Shown: one piece after another, positions 25,715-38,956 of the stretch
Layout: each line of letters opens with the position of its first letter
Position numbering within the stretch: position 1 is the first letter of the stretch
Source of the DNA: Lama guanicoe
Taxonomy: Eukaryota
Length of the DNA: 64,000 nucleotides
Assembly: GCA_013239625.1 (NCBI GenBank)
Contig: MU053652.1
Coordinates: 4,205,902-4,269,901 of the forward strand
Direction: 5' to 3'
Made by a program: the position numbers and the translations under genes
Notes under the pieces: model-generated
The model's database searches: none
Seen by the model: the letters and a program-made list of their open reading frames with translations, nothing else
Told to the model about the DNA's origin: nothing

Positions 25715-26395
25715 AAATTGTAGTAAAACACATATGGCACAAAATCAACCGTTTCAAAGGGTATGGTTTAGTGGCCTTAAGTCTATATATTCTGCTATGC
25801 AACCATCACCACTATCAGGTTCCAGGACGTTTTTCATCACCCCAAATAGAAACCCTGTACCCATTAAATGGTCACTCTTCATCCCCTCCATTCCTCCAGC
25901 CTCTGGCAACTACAAACCTGCTTTCTGTCTCTATGGTTTTGCCTATTCTGTACATTTTCTATAAACGTAATCATACAATATGTGGCTCTTTGTGTCTGAC
26001 CTCTTTCACTTAGCTTAATGTTTTCAAGGTTCATCCATGTTGTAGAATGTATCAGCATTTCATTATCTTTTATGACCTAATAATATCCCATTGTATGGAC
26101 AGAACCCAATGTGTTTTCCATTCATCCATCGACAGACATTTGGGTCGTTCCCACCTTTTGGCTATTTTGAATAGTGTTGCTATGAATAGCCATGTACAAG
26201 TTTTTGTTTGAATACCTGTTTTCAGTTCTCTCGGGTATAGACCCAGGAGTGGAATTGCCAGGTCATATGGTAATTCTATGTTTAAGTTTTTGAGGAGCTG
26301 CCAAAATGTTTTGCACAGCAGCTGCACCATTTCACATATCCACCGGAAACGTACGGGGTTCCAATTTCTCCATACCCTTGCCAACACATGTCCTG
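25715..26395 (-). mobile_element. L1MA/MB-like 3' fragment
   Basis: ORF 26070-26399 (IELPYDLAIPLLGLYPRELKT) is L1 ORF2 C-terminal sequence. Confidence 0.8.
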
Positions 26396-28024
26396 ACATT
26401 TTTTTCTTTTGACAATGACTTTTTTTTAATAAGTCCAGGCCAGTTGTTTGGCTTAATGTCTCTCAATTCGGACATCTGATTGTTTCCTCACAATTAGATT
26501 CAGATGACATATTTTGACAGGAGTATTACACAGATAACCTGTCCTTCTCAATGTGCCATGTGAAGAAACATGACATACTAATTTCTATCACAGAAATATG
26601 GAACAATTTTACTAACAGATGATGACTGTTACATCTCAGAAAGCAATAATATGGCAATACTCTAAATAGTTTCCTAGTTTTCCACAATGTTTGTTGCCAC
26701 TTGTCCTCTTCGCTTTGCCTTCTGCTAGCACTTGGTGGCAGATAAGCAGCTGTGGTCTTGAAGAGAAGGTGGTCATGGGAGAAAACAGAAAATGGAGAAA
26801 AGTCTCTCCATTTTCTTGATTTTTTTTTTCTCCCGTAAAATGGGAAAAGATAGTCATGATTTGATGTTTCTGAGAAAAACTCTTATTCTGGTCCCTAGGA
26901 CACTACTTCAGGGCCATCAGCACTACAAGAGAAATGGTTATAGGGCCCCAGGTTGCGGTCCTGAACAAGAGTTCTTCTCCTGGCTCTCATGCTCAAATGC
27001 AGATAATTACAGGCAAATTAGCTCTTGGAGTCCATTTCCACTGGATTGCACCTTAAGACCAAGGCGGTATGAAAAGACCTGAGGAGGGGGCCCAGGGAAG
27101 GCCCTCAAAGACATCAGTGGGGTCTCTGTTCCTATGATACACGTGAAACTTCCCTGTAAATGATAAAATAAAGAGACACCACTCATTATCATCTCCTCTG
27201 GCTAACAGTAGGAATGTGAGCAAAGGATGTTCAAGGCTGAAGGAAGTCAGGCTCCAGGTTGGCCCTTATCTAGGCTTAATCCCCATCTACTTGCCACTTG
27301 TAGGAGGAGCACTCATCCTAGCTCTCCAAGACCGTCCCCACAGGTGACCTCTAGGAGCCAATTCTAACAATGATAGTAAGAGCTAATTTTTGTTGAGTGC
27401 TAAGGGCCAGGCACTGGGCTAACTGCTTTATACACACATGACCACAACCCCAAGAGGGTGTTAGGATCTCCACTTCACAGCCCTGTTGGGATGTTGGGAG
27501 AATTCACTCAGTGTGTGGCTAAAATGGTACTGGAACGTAGGTGCACGTGTCTCCAGAGCCTCATGCCCTCGGCCACATGGCTGCCTTCCTCTCTCTGCCT
27601 TACAGCAATCCCGGGACACCTGCATTCACTTAGGGGCATTGTGAGGTAGGAGGGAGCTTGTAATCTCCAAACTGGGTGGGGCTCAGATAGTGGGGAGGAA
27701 GACAGCACCAACAGGGCCCAGAGGGAAGTCCCTGGAACCGTGCCTGGAAGGGGGAGATGGCATCACCATGCAGGGCCCACCAGCCCCCAAGCCCAGCCTT
27801 GTCTGTCTCCCATATTCTAAAGTCTGGTCTGTGCAAACCAGGTAGATCTGTCTCAGAGTCCTCTTCTCTTCTTTGGAATGAATCTCTTTCCCTTTTCTTT
27901 TGACAGTGGGGGACAGCTGAGAGTAGAGTGATTCCCTGCATGGGAATCAAAACACTGTCCCTAACCAGAGGGATGTTGGGAGGGAGGGGTCTGCACCTCT
28001 GGTTTCTCAGTCTTTTCTATTCTT

Positions 28025-28106
28025 TCTTTCTTTCTTTCTTTCTTTCTTTATTTTTATTTATTTTTTTAACATTTTTATTGATTTATAATCATTTTACAAT
28101 GTTGTG
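28025..28106 (-). mobile_element. Extremely truncated young L1 (~40 bp body plus tail)
   Basis: Reverse complement acaacattgtaaaatgattataaatcaataaaaatgttaaaa matches the terminus of the 24570 element; perfect 16-bp TSD agtcttttctattctt. Confidence 0.85.
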
Positions 28107-30449
28107 AGTCTTTTCTATTCTTATTTCTGGATGAAGTCAAAGAAATTACAGCCTGCTAGCCCTAAAGCAAGGCCCCCTCTCTCTCACTGCTCAGGATCTG
28201 CACACACTGGTTCTTCTATAGTCAGCCTGGCACCACTGTTCCCGGGTTTCTAAGGTGGCAACTATCTGTATGAAACTGGCTCTTGGCTTTCTCTCTCTGG
28301 ATTGGATGGAATTGTCCTGCTGGAATGGAGGAGTCCACAGGGCTCTTTCCTCTGCAATGTCTGCGCCAACCCTTTAGCTTCTTCCTTAGGTCGTGACTGG
28401 GTTTGGTTTTCCAAGGTTATAAATAAGGAAGGGACGTTTACAAGGGCTCACAGTAATATAAACACTCAAACTGCCTACTATAAGACACTGAGAGATGCTA
28501 CATGTTTTCTTTTATTCTTTTTAAAAGCTGCTTGAAGTTTACGATTTTCTACTTGGTACAAGGCAAACAGCTATTTGGGGAGTAAAGAACGCATGCTTGT
28601 GACTTGAATGCAAAGAGTGGTTTTGTCTTCATTCTTGGTGTTGTTATTGTTGTTTTTATAAAAATAATGTGATAATTCATGTGTTGTAGTCTGTCTAGTC
28701 TATGCGGAAAGGAGGGAAGAAATGGGGGAGGAAATGGGCTCTGCCTCTGAGTACATTTAGGTAGGGTGTTGGGGTGGGGTTGGGTGGCAGGAAGGGACTC
28801 TGTCACTCAGAAGGGGTTTTTGCCAGGCTTGATGCCTGGTCATGTCCTCATGGCTTCTGAGCCAGGTTACAACAGATGGTGCTGCAGGTGGCTTGGGGCT
28901 TTCTGAGTACCCTGGAAACTCTAATGCAATGGTCCTGGCTGGGAAAGTGAATTTCTTCAAGATACCTTACCAGAGGCCTGGATCAGCCTAAGGAAGAAAG
29001 ACCTGGATGGGGGTCCACATGTGCTGCAGTGGAAGTAAAAAAAAATTTGGTACTGCAGGTAGTAATTAGGCATGAGCCTGAGGGAGATATCAGAAGAGAT
29101 GGCTGTCATTTTTTTCTGACATGGCTTGAGGGAGGGGTGCCAGCCCATAGGAGCCACTGCAGATGAGAGCACAGGTAGACACCCCAACCAAGGCTGCTCG
29201 AGGACTTAAGGTTGTGCTGCATCTTGACAGACTACTGCCTATGAGAGAGGGAGGTAGGACATCACACTTCAATGCTATAGGGTCTGCTCCCTCATTCACC
29301 ATTCAGTAAACACTCAGTAAGTACCCACCCTCTGCCAAACACAGCTGGGCACTGAGAATCCAGAAGTGAATAAGGCATTCTCTGCCCTCAGGAGCCTAAA
29401 GTCTAGATGGGGAGACAGAAATACAGACTTGTAGCACAGGTAAAGAAAGATCTGACAATCAAATATGTGTAAGTTGCCCTGGGAGCCCTGAGACATCACC
29501 GCTAAGGAAGCCTGGGCAGGGACACGGGGGCAGGAGGCCTGAGTTTCTGGGCTCTGCCTGACTCAAAAGCCACCCCAACTGCTGCCCTGGGTGGGAAAAC
29601 GACCAGCAAGAGCACTGATAATGTTCTTGCCAATGTAAGCCCAAGGCTTATAAAGCATGTGCCAGCCCACTGTCTTCCCTCTGCACAGAGCTATCCAACA
29701 CAGGGAGGTAAGGAAAGTCAATTACTTTTTAACTGAAAGACTGAAATTCAACTTTTGGGATCTTGGGACAACTACTCCAAGCCATGGGATCCTAACAGTC
29801 AGTGATCCAGAAGCATGATTCTGGGTAGAAAAACCACAACTTCTGGGCAAAAGGGGAAGTGAGATTTGAATCTTGAGCAGGAGGAACTGGCCCTGGTCCT
29901 AAGGGAGCCAGCACCTTTCTGAGTCAGACTCCAAATGCCCCTGAGGACCAGGGCTCCCAGAGAAGCAGCAGAAGTAGCCACCACCATCAGTGCCACCACT
30001 ATGAGATCAGGCAATGCTGGCTGCCTTCCCAGTGTGATCCAGGCACAGACACAAATACCATCCATATACAGCTCCCCAGCAGCTGGCCAGAACTTGCACT
30101 CTGCCTGGAAAAGGAGTGCGCTGATAGTCCTACCATGGGTGGGTCTCCAGAGCAGAAGAGGGGAATTTGATTAGGATGGTGGAAGGCTGCAAAAAAGAAA
30201 CCACAGTAACCAGTCCTAGAAGAGGGGATAGGAAGAAAGATGATCCCTGATCTGGGAAAGCAGCCCTTCATCTCCAGCTGGACTTGTACAGAATGAACTC
30301 TGAGGCTCTGGACCTGAGGGAGAAGTGATACTCAGTAACGCCCCAAGAGTACTAACCCCTGGGAAGGTCAATGTCCCAAGGATACCAGGACACAAGAAAG
30401 ATGCATCTTAGATCCAGTTCCAGGTCTTAAAGAAAGAAAACAGTCCCCA

Positions 30450-31581
30450 GGCACAGTAAAGGAAGCCATAAGCAAAACAAAACCACAACCTACGGAATGG
30501 GAGAAAATTTTTGCAAAAGATGAAACTGACAAAGGCTTGATCTCCAGAATATATAAGCAGCTCATATGACTTAATAAGAAAAAGCAAACTACCCAATCCA
30601 AAAATGGGCAGAAGACCTAAACAAGCAATTCTCCAAGAAAGAAATACAAATGATCAATAGGCACATGAAAAAATGCTCAATATCACTAATTATCAGAGAA
30701 ATACAAATCAAAACTACAATGAGGTATCACCTCACACCAGCCAGAATGTCCATCATTCAAAAGTCCACAAATGACAAATGCTGGAGAGGCTGTGGAGAAA
30801 AGGGAACCCTCCAACACTGCTGGTGGGAATGCACTTTGGTGCAGCCACTGTGGAAAACAGTATGGAGATTCTTCAAAAGACTAGGAATAGACTTACCATA
30901 TGACCCAGTAATCCCACTCCTGGGCATATATCTAGAAGGAACCCTACTTCAAAAAGACACCTGCACCCCAATGTTTATAGCAGCACTATTTACAATAGCC
31001 AAGACATGGAAACAGCCTAAATGTCCATTGACAGATGACTGGATAAAGAAGTGGTATATTTATACAATGGAATACTATTCAGCCATAAAATGACAACATA
31101 ACACCATTTGCAGCAACATGGATGTCCCTGGAGAATGTCATTCTAAGTGAAGTAAACCAGAAAGAGAAAGAAAAATACCATATGAGATCGTTCATATGTG
31201 GAATCTAAAAAAAACAAAAAAACCCCCCCCAAAAAACCCATAAATACAAAACAGAAACAGACTCATAGACATAGAGTACAAACTTGTGGTTGCCAGAGGA
31301 GAGAGGGGTGGGAAGGGACAGACTGGGAGCTCGAAATTTGTACATACTGACAGGCACATGTACAAAAGATAAACCAGATTATACTGTATAGCACAGGGAA
31401 ATATATACAAGATCTTGTGGTAGCTCATAGCGAAAAAGAATGCAACAATGAATATATGTATGTTCATGTATAACTGAAAAATTGTGCTCTACACTGGAAA
31501 TTGACACAATATTGTAAACTGACGATAACTCAATAAAATAAATAAAGAAAGAAAGAACCAAAGGGCACTACCTAAAAAAAG
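30450..31581 (+). mobile_element. 5'-truncated lineage-specific L1 (ORF2 C-terminus and 3' UTR)
   Basis: ORF 30650-31093 is the L1 ORF2 cysteine-rich C-terminus; perfect 21-bp TSD aaagaaagaaaacagtcccca (30429-30449 / 31582-31602) after TT. Confidence 0.92.
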
Positions 31582-33848
31582 AAAGAAAGAAAACAGTCCC
31601 CAAAGTGATGTATTCATCTTAAATAGTTCACAGAGGCAGAAAAATTTTCTACTTTAGAGGAGAAAAATTGAGGACAGAGAGACAGATACATTGGCTTGGG
31701 GTCACACAGGAAGCTGGTGCCAGAAAGAAACTGGGCCTCTTGTCCTCCAGTGTGCTATTTCTAGAGCCTCTGACTTCTTAAGAGTCTAAAGGAGGGCCAA
31801 GAAGGGGCTCTTCTCTAATTTGGAGTGATGCCAGCTTGGTTAGCCAGGTCCTCGGACCTTGAATGAAGCATTTGTACCAAGAAAAATGGGTCTGTGGAGC
31901 CAAATTCTCTCCCTGGCTGTGACCTCCCAAAGTCATTTATCTGTTAAAAGGCTTTGGGGCGGGGTGGGGAAGTCCTAGATAATGACCGTGAACACAAGTG
32001 TAACAGATGCACCCAGCTGTTTTCACTGGGGAGCACAGTTAAGGGTGAAGTGCCGAAGGCTCCAAAGGAGATGCAAAGTCTTAGCTGATAGAGGAAGTTA
32101 GAATGAGGACTGAGGTCCCTGGAATGCTAGTGGTGACTCTGAGGACAGCAAGTCATTGGCCTGGCACATTCAGTGAGCATGTAGGAGGGTTCTCTGGAAA
32201 TTTCCCTTAAGTGGGGGTTCCCCTTAGGACATCCCCCAGCCCTTGCAGAGTGATGGTGATATTTTCTGCTGTTCTTCCCTAACCTCCAGCTGAACTAGAC
32301 CATGGAACCCGTGTTGACTAGTTAACTACTAACACTGCTAATACCCCAGCTACAGTAGCAGCCATCTGGGCCAAGGACTTCCCCTAGAGGCACTGTGGTT
32401 CAGTAGAAACACCACCAGATCAAGCCTACTAACCAGACATTGGACCTAAGATAAAACAACATCTCTGTGCTTTGGCTTTCTTGTATATAAAATGTGGGTG
32501 GGTACTGGACAAGATGTCTTCCAAATTTTTTTTCTTCCAGTTCTAAAACTGAGAATTTGTTAGGAGTTCAAACTTCATTTTTCCCAGTACAATGGCTGAA
32601 AGGGAGCTGGGATTTCTCTCATTTTTCCCAACAGGCTAGCACTTATGTACTTTGTGTCTGTTCACACCATGGCCCTGGTGAAACCCTTCCAGCAACTGGC
32701 TTAGATGCCTAGTCTGCTCCCTCTCCTAGGAAACATATTTTAGACCCAAGACTCCTCCCTCCTGCAAGTCTGAACTTTTAGTCTCAGGCAGAGGTGGGCA
32801 AGCATAACAGGCTCCTAGGGCATTAGCTCTGTTATGACTGGTGCTGGAAGAGAAATCAGGGAATGGGGGATGGACCTCCCTGTGTTCTCAAACCCGGAAG
32901 GGCTCAGGAACTCTCTAGACATGAAACAGGACTGAGCTAGCATTTCATGATCTGGTCCAGCTGCATTCTCAGCTCCAGCAGAGTATTTCTGTTTTCCTTG
33001 ATCTTGCTGGGTTTGATTTTACTAAGGCCTCCAGAGATGAACATATTGCCCAGTTAGTCAAGTCAACAATTAATCGCAGAGTGGAAATAAGAATCCAGGC
33101 AGCCCCAGTCCAATATTTTTTTTTTTACTTTTCCAGCCCCAAACATAAAATTCTGAAAGGACCCCTGGCCTTCCAGCCCAACATAGGATTGCATTTAAAG
33201 AAGCCGGAAAGGGTCAAACTCCAGGAGATGGAGCCTGGTCCTGAGAAAGGTGAAGCAAAATTTGGGACAATGCTGGGCAAGACATCCACACCTGGAGGCC
33301 GTTCCTGTCCCTTCTCAGCCTTTGGAGGGAGGTGGACAGCAGAGGCCTGTGAAAAGGAAGAGATGAAAGCCCCTGAACCCATTCTCTCTGAGGTAAGAGA
33401 GAGGGAAGGTCTGGGTTTCCCCCCCTTCCTCTTTTTCCTTTGACAGCAGGGCCTCCCTGCCCCCAGGCCTGAAAAATCCCCCAATCATGAATGTATCAGT
33501 GAGTCTCCCTTGGGCCAACAGGAAAATCCGCTCCTCCCGCCTAAACCCACCTCTTTGGCCTGACACAGACCCACATGCGATGCCCAGAGAATACCCGTAA
33601 GTCTTTACTGAATCTCTTGCATAGCCCCCGACCCCAACACCCCTGGCAGACAAGGCGCCACTGTGGTGTCCCTGCCTAGGATAAATTACCCCAAAGTGCC
33701 CTCTTCCCAGAAAACTAGGTAGTGCCGCTCACCACGCTTGCCTTGGACCAGGCACCCAGTGACACCCCCTCGTCTGCCGCGGGCAGCCCACTCAACCCTC
33801 TGAGGGGTGCCCTGCAGCCCAGGTGACCCTGCGACCCCCAAGACTCAC

Positions 33849-33950
33849 CCAGAAGAGCATGTTGAAGAAGAAGAGCAGGTATTTCACCAGAGGGTTGATG
33901 AAGGAGAAGTCCTCCCCGTAGGCGGCCGGCGCCCCGGGTCTCCGGGCCAT
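33849..33950 (-). CDS. TSPAN33: Tetraspanin-33 exon 1 coding part
   Basis: MARRPGAPAAYGEDFSFINPLVKYLLFFFNMLFW; ACCATGG start; donor GTGAGT. The eight exons sum to 852 nt = 283 aa + stop. Confidence 0.97.
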
Positions 33951-33977
33951 GGTCCAGCCGCGGCCGCCCCCGGGGGC

Positions 33978-34028
33978 CTATCTCCCCGCGGCGGCCGGCC
34001 CACCTGCGCGCTCCGCGCGGAAAGGCAT
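33978..34028 (-). other. uORF in the TSPAN33 leader (MPFRAERAGGPAAAGR*)
   Basis: ATG at 34028 in weak context; TAG ends 27 nt before the main ATG. Confidence 0.5.
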
Positions 34029-34934
34029 GAACCGCGCCACCGCCGGAGCCCGAGCAGCGGATGAGCTGCGCAGCGACGAGAGGTGCCGGCGCGGTGCGTC
34101 CGGGAGAAGCGCGGGCAGTGGAACGGCAGCGCCACTGGAGCCACCGGGAGTCGCGGGAGCCGCGGCGGGCAGCGTGAGCGGCGGAGACTCCGCTGCGGCG
34201 GGAGGACCAGCCCGGCCCGCCGGGCTCCCAGGAAACCAGGCCCGCCCCCGGCCGCCCATTGGCGCGGTTGCCGACGCCCGACTTCTCATTGGTCGGTCTC
34301 TGATGTCACTGAGTCCAATCCCTCTTTTACGAGAGGCGGGGGAGACACCTGTTCTGTGAGGGACAACTTGTTAAAGGGTCAGCGGTTCTGCCTCTTCCCC
34401 CGAGAAGGAAAGCAACCAGGCTGCAGCTAAAGGGGAAAACGATGAGAAGGAGTGCACACTGCATCACACACCCACGTCCTCTACCCAGTTGCTGTGCACA
34501 TATACAAACACACATACATTAAAATCAGTAAGTACATACACCATGTGTTGAGTAACGCGCCGAAAGCTGTGGGAATACAAGAGAAGAGAAATAATTCCAG
34601 GGGGTGAAAGGTGGGGGATGACAATAAAGTCAGAGAGACAAAAGTAATCTATACATAACAGCTGGAGAATATTTGAGTAGCTGCAATCTTGTTTAATTAC
34701 TATATATTTTAGATGCTTATTTAAAAAACTCTGTAACCCAACAGTGGAAATTTGGAAACATCACCAGCAATCCTGCTGTCCTAATTCATTACTGTTTCAA
34801 TCTCCACCTCACTATTTTAGTCTTGGTCTACACGCAGACACCATTTTTAACATGCTGATCCAAGGCTCGCAGGTTGAGTGCAGTATCGGTGCTGGACACT
34901 GTGCTGCCTACCGTAAGTAACACAAACACGAATG

Positions 34935-35251
34935 CTGTAGACTGGATGTTTGTATCGCTTCCCCCACCTCCTAAATTCATATGTTGAAATCCTAACTCTC
35001 AAGATGATGGTATTAGGAGATGGGGCCTTTAAGAGGTCTTTGGTCATGAGAACGGAGCCTAACTCCTTCTGCTATGTGAGGACTCAGGGAAAAAGACAGG
35101 GACCAGGAAGTGTGCTCACCAGACACTGAATATGTTGGTGCCTTGATCTTGGACTTCCCAGACTCCAGAACTGTGAGAAATGTATTTCTGTTGTTTATAA
35201 GCTAATCAGTTTATGCTATTTTTGTTCTAGCAGCCTGAACAAACTAAGACA
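34935..35251 (+). mobile_element. MaLR solo LTR (MLT1A-like)
   Basis: aaattcatatgttgaaatcctaac...ggtgccttgatcttggacttcccagactccagaactgtgagaaat...aactaagaca. Confidence 0.8.
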
Positions 35252-36927
35252 ATGGTTTCAACCTCTTCAGATGCGTGACCTTGGCAAACTGCTTAATCTC
35301 CTTGAGCCACATTTTCTTTAATGTTGGATAGGGAGGGTCCTGGCCTAACAACGGTGATGTGAGGATTAAGTGAGATATTGCATGCAAATCACAGCACAGG
35401 CTGGAAGAAAGAAGTGTTCACTAAATGCAGCATTTTGTTTGAACTGAATTTAGAATCCATTGGGGAAATACGATAACGCACAAATAACTAGAACACAGTT
35501 GGTGAAGAGTTAGTAAAGATATCATGGCAAGTGAAATTAGGGGAGTATAAGATTTACAATAGCAGAGATGGAGGAAAGGTAATCCAGGTGACAAAAGGTG
35601 AGCCAGAGCCTGGAGGTACAAAAGCACACTGTGCGTTCAAAGATAAGCAGACTGATTTGGCTGGAGCATAGGATTTGCTTAGTATAGCAGTGGTAGGTAA
35701 TGCTGACTTATGTCAATACATGCTGAATTGAGTTAAAATTGTGAAAGGACTTGAATATCATATTGGGGAGTTAGTGTTTAATTGATTTGGGAATAAGAGT
35801 TTGGAAGAAGGAAATAATGTAAGACCTTTTTTTCAGTTAGAGTGGGAAAGAGACTGCAGAGAGGAAGGTTTGTTACAAGATCACTGTTAACAGTCTAGAT
35901 AATCAGAAATTAGGATCTGCTTTAGGGGTAATGAACATAACTGATGAGAAAGGATGGAAGTGAAGGGAAGATAAAATCTCTAAGTCTAGGCTATGGTGCG
36001 TATGTGGTGCATATGTGGTGGGGGCAGGTAGTGGTGACAGAAGCACCAGAGTTGGAGGTCAAAGAAGTGAGCCAAGGCCAGGTTACTGGGAAACTGGCCA
36101 TTAACAGGTTAAGGTGACCACTTGGAAATCAGTTTTATATGAAGGGAGTAGGGTGGACAGAAGCTATTTTTACAAGAGGTTAAGAAGTAAATGGGTAAGC
36201 AAAGGGTGGATACTCATTTTCAGAGGTCCGAGGGGTGAGGATTGAGAAGAAGATGAGATCAGGCATCACTGGGATGGCCACAATGTTCATTATGTGGAAG
36301 TCAAGGATGGTACCTGATGAGCCATGCAGCTGTAGAACAAACTATGAGGAAACTCTCCAGTGTACTGAGTTGGAACAGTCTGCAATCTCTAAGTTATTAT
36401 GTGAAAAAAGCAAAATGAGGAACAATGTATAAAATATATTACATTCTTGTTTTTAAAAAAAGAGGGACAAAAAAAGAAATGACATTTGTATTTGCTCACA
36501 TCTACCCAAATAAACTGTAGAAAGATACAAAACATATTAAGATGGGAGGTTACATACTGGAGTGGGGGTTTTGTATTTTAATTATTATTAATAAATAACA
36601 TACCTATAAAATATATCATTCTTTTTTATTTAGGTGCTCCTCTTTCTACCTTTTGCATATGTTCTTTTAAAATCTGAGATCAATACAAAACTATCCATCC
36701 AGAAGAATCACAATTTTGTTAAATAAAAAGAATTGTATTTAAAATTTGTAGAAGGACTTATAACATAATATAAATAATAATTAACTCTGCATGGTAGGAT
36801 AATGGTTGCTTCTTATTTTTATCACTTTTCTTTTCCCCCAATTTTTCTTTAGTCAATCTTTTTTACTTTTATAGGCAAAAAGTGTTTGGGGTTCTTGTTT
36901 TCTCTTTTGATTGGACATGTTTTCAGC

Positions 36928-37115
36928 AGGGAGGACATAGCTCAGTGGACATAGCTGAGCTATGCCTGGAATCAATCCTGGATTGAATCCTTAGTACCTC
37001 CATTAAATAAACAAACCTAAGGTCCTGGATTCAATCCTTAGTACCTCCATTAAATAAACAAACCTAATTACCTTCCCCCCTAGAAAAAAAGTCTTAAAAT
37101 TTTTTTTTAAAAAAA
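36928..37115 (+). mobile_element. Rearranged Vic-1-like SINE with a duplicated 3' half
   Basis: catagctcagtgg head; tcctggatt(g/c)aatccttagtacctccattaaataaacaaacctaa occurs twice; TSD-like atgttttca. Confidence 0.7.
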
Positions 37116-38956
37116 GCAATGTTTTCAAATACACTGTAAAGTAGAAATAATAATCCCCAAACATCTATATTCCCGTTACCAAATTTTCCCATTTTGCCAT
37201 GTTTGCTTTATCCATTTTTAAGCTACACCCATCATAACATTCCACCCTTTAATTTGGTTTTCATATCTAAAAATAATTACCCTTCTACATAACTACAATG
37301 ACATCATAATTTCTGATAAATTTAACAATAATTCCCTAATTTTGTACATAGTTCATACTCTAAGTTGCCTATTTTACCCCAAAATACCTCTAAGACTGGT
37401 TTGTTCAAACCAGGATTTAATCAAGAACGAGTCATTATATTTGGTTTTTAAAGAAACCCAACTTAATTGAAACTTCATGGGCAATCAAAATGTTTAACAA
37501 AGAAGGTGGCATCTGCACTCTGAGTCCTTAAGGATATGTCAGAATTGACATGGGTGGAGAAGTGAGGTGGTCATTTCAGGAACAGAGATCAAAGTGGGAA
37601 AATTTCAAAGAGACAGAAGGTAGCAGATATGCTTGGGGAGCGGCAGGTAGCCCAGTTTATTTTAATCAGAGGAAAAGGAATAATGGCAGATAAAATTAGC
37701 AAAATAAATTGGAAGGAGATCATGGAGGGCCTTGAAGTTGTTTCTAGTTTGCTCTGTAAACCACTTGAGAATTCTAGTGAGCCCCAGGTGTGAATAACCC
37801 ATCAGTCTATAATGCTTGTAGGACAGTGGCTGTGTTTTATTCATCTGTATATCCCTGGCACATGGCAGAGCATACTTTGTGGGATGTTCAGAGTGTATTT
37901 ATTGTTGAAAACATAATTCTATTGAAAGATTTTTGGTTGGAGACTAACATGCTAAGATCTCCTTTGGGAAGATTGAAAAAATTGGTTGGTAATGATGGTG
38001 AGTAGAATAAAGATTTAAAGAAGAGAGCTAGCTGGCTGGGTTGGAGGAGTTGAAGAAGGCTTTGTAAAGGAGGTAGAACTTGGCTCAATTAGAGGGGGAA
38101 ACAACATAAGCAGAGATGAAAAGTCAGGAGTGAGTTGAGGATAGTATAATGACTAGTAAGGAGATTGTACTTTAGGGTGCTTTAAGAAATGAGATTCCAT
38201 AAGATAGGATCAGGAATGGTTTAGGGGGTCTAAAATTAGTCAGATATCTGTTGTTATGCAGTAAATGACCTCTGATCATACTTGAACTCAAGATTTAGGG
38301 TTTTAAAGATAGTGTTTACCTATGCTTTCTCATATAAAAAGAACTCTTAGTACAATATGAAAGACAAAATTGGATAAGATTATTTTGAACCTAAGAAGAA
38401 TTGGTAACGAAAGAATGTCTAAATGAAGGAAACATTAAATTGGATTTATATTGGATTGTGTTCATTTCAAATTTATTAGACAATTGAAATATGATACTGA
38501 GTACAACTGCATATATGAATTGGGAAATTGAATTAGCAAATTTAGTTAAAACAAGCTTAATAAAGAAAGAAGAACATTTGCCAAGAAACACATAGGAAAT
38601 TGTATACTCCAATTGAAGCTTGACAGTTTATCTCCCTTTCAGGAAGCTGGACCCTCCTTGAGGGTACATATTCAAGTTAAGTTGCAAGCCAGATACATGG
38701 CAGTCCCTTTCACAAAGTGTTCATGGATGCTCTACCAGCGACTTCTACTAGTACTGGCCAGAACTGGGTCACATTGCCACGTTAGCTGCAAAGGGTCTGG
38801 GAAAATAGTATTATTAACTAACAGTACTACTTCTCTAAGAGGGGGAAAATGAAGCTCTGTTTTTAAGAAAGGAGAGAAAGGATATGGGAAGAAACTAGAA
38901 AAGTATCTGTCACAAAGTTTTTATTGTATGTTAGAGTGTTTATCAGTATATGTCTG

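Larger units (their letters stand above)
33760..34400. promoter_or_regulatory. TSPAN33 CpG-island promoter with GC box and CCAAT boxes
   Basis: CpG-dense; GC box at 34241; ATTGG at 34258 and 34288; CCAAT at 34315. Confidence 0.85.
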
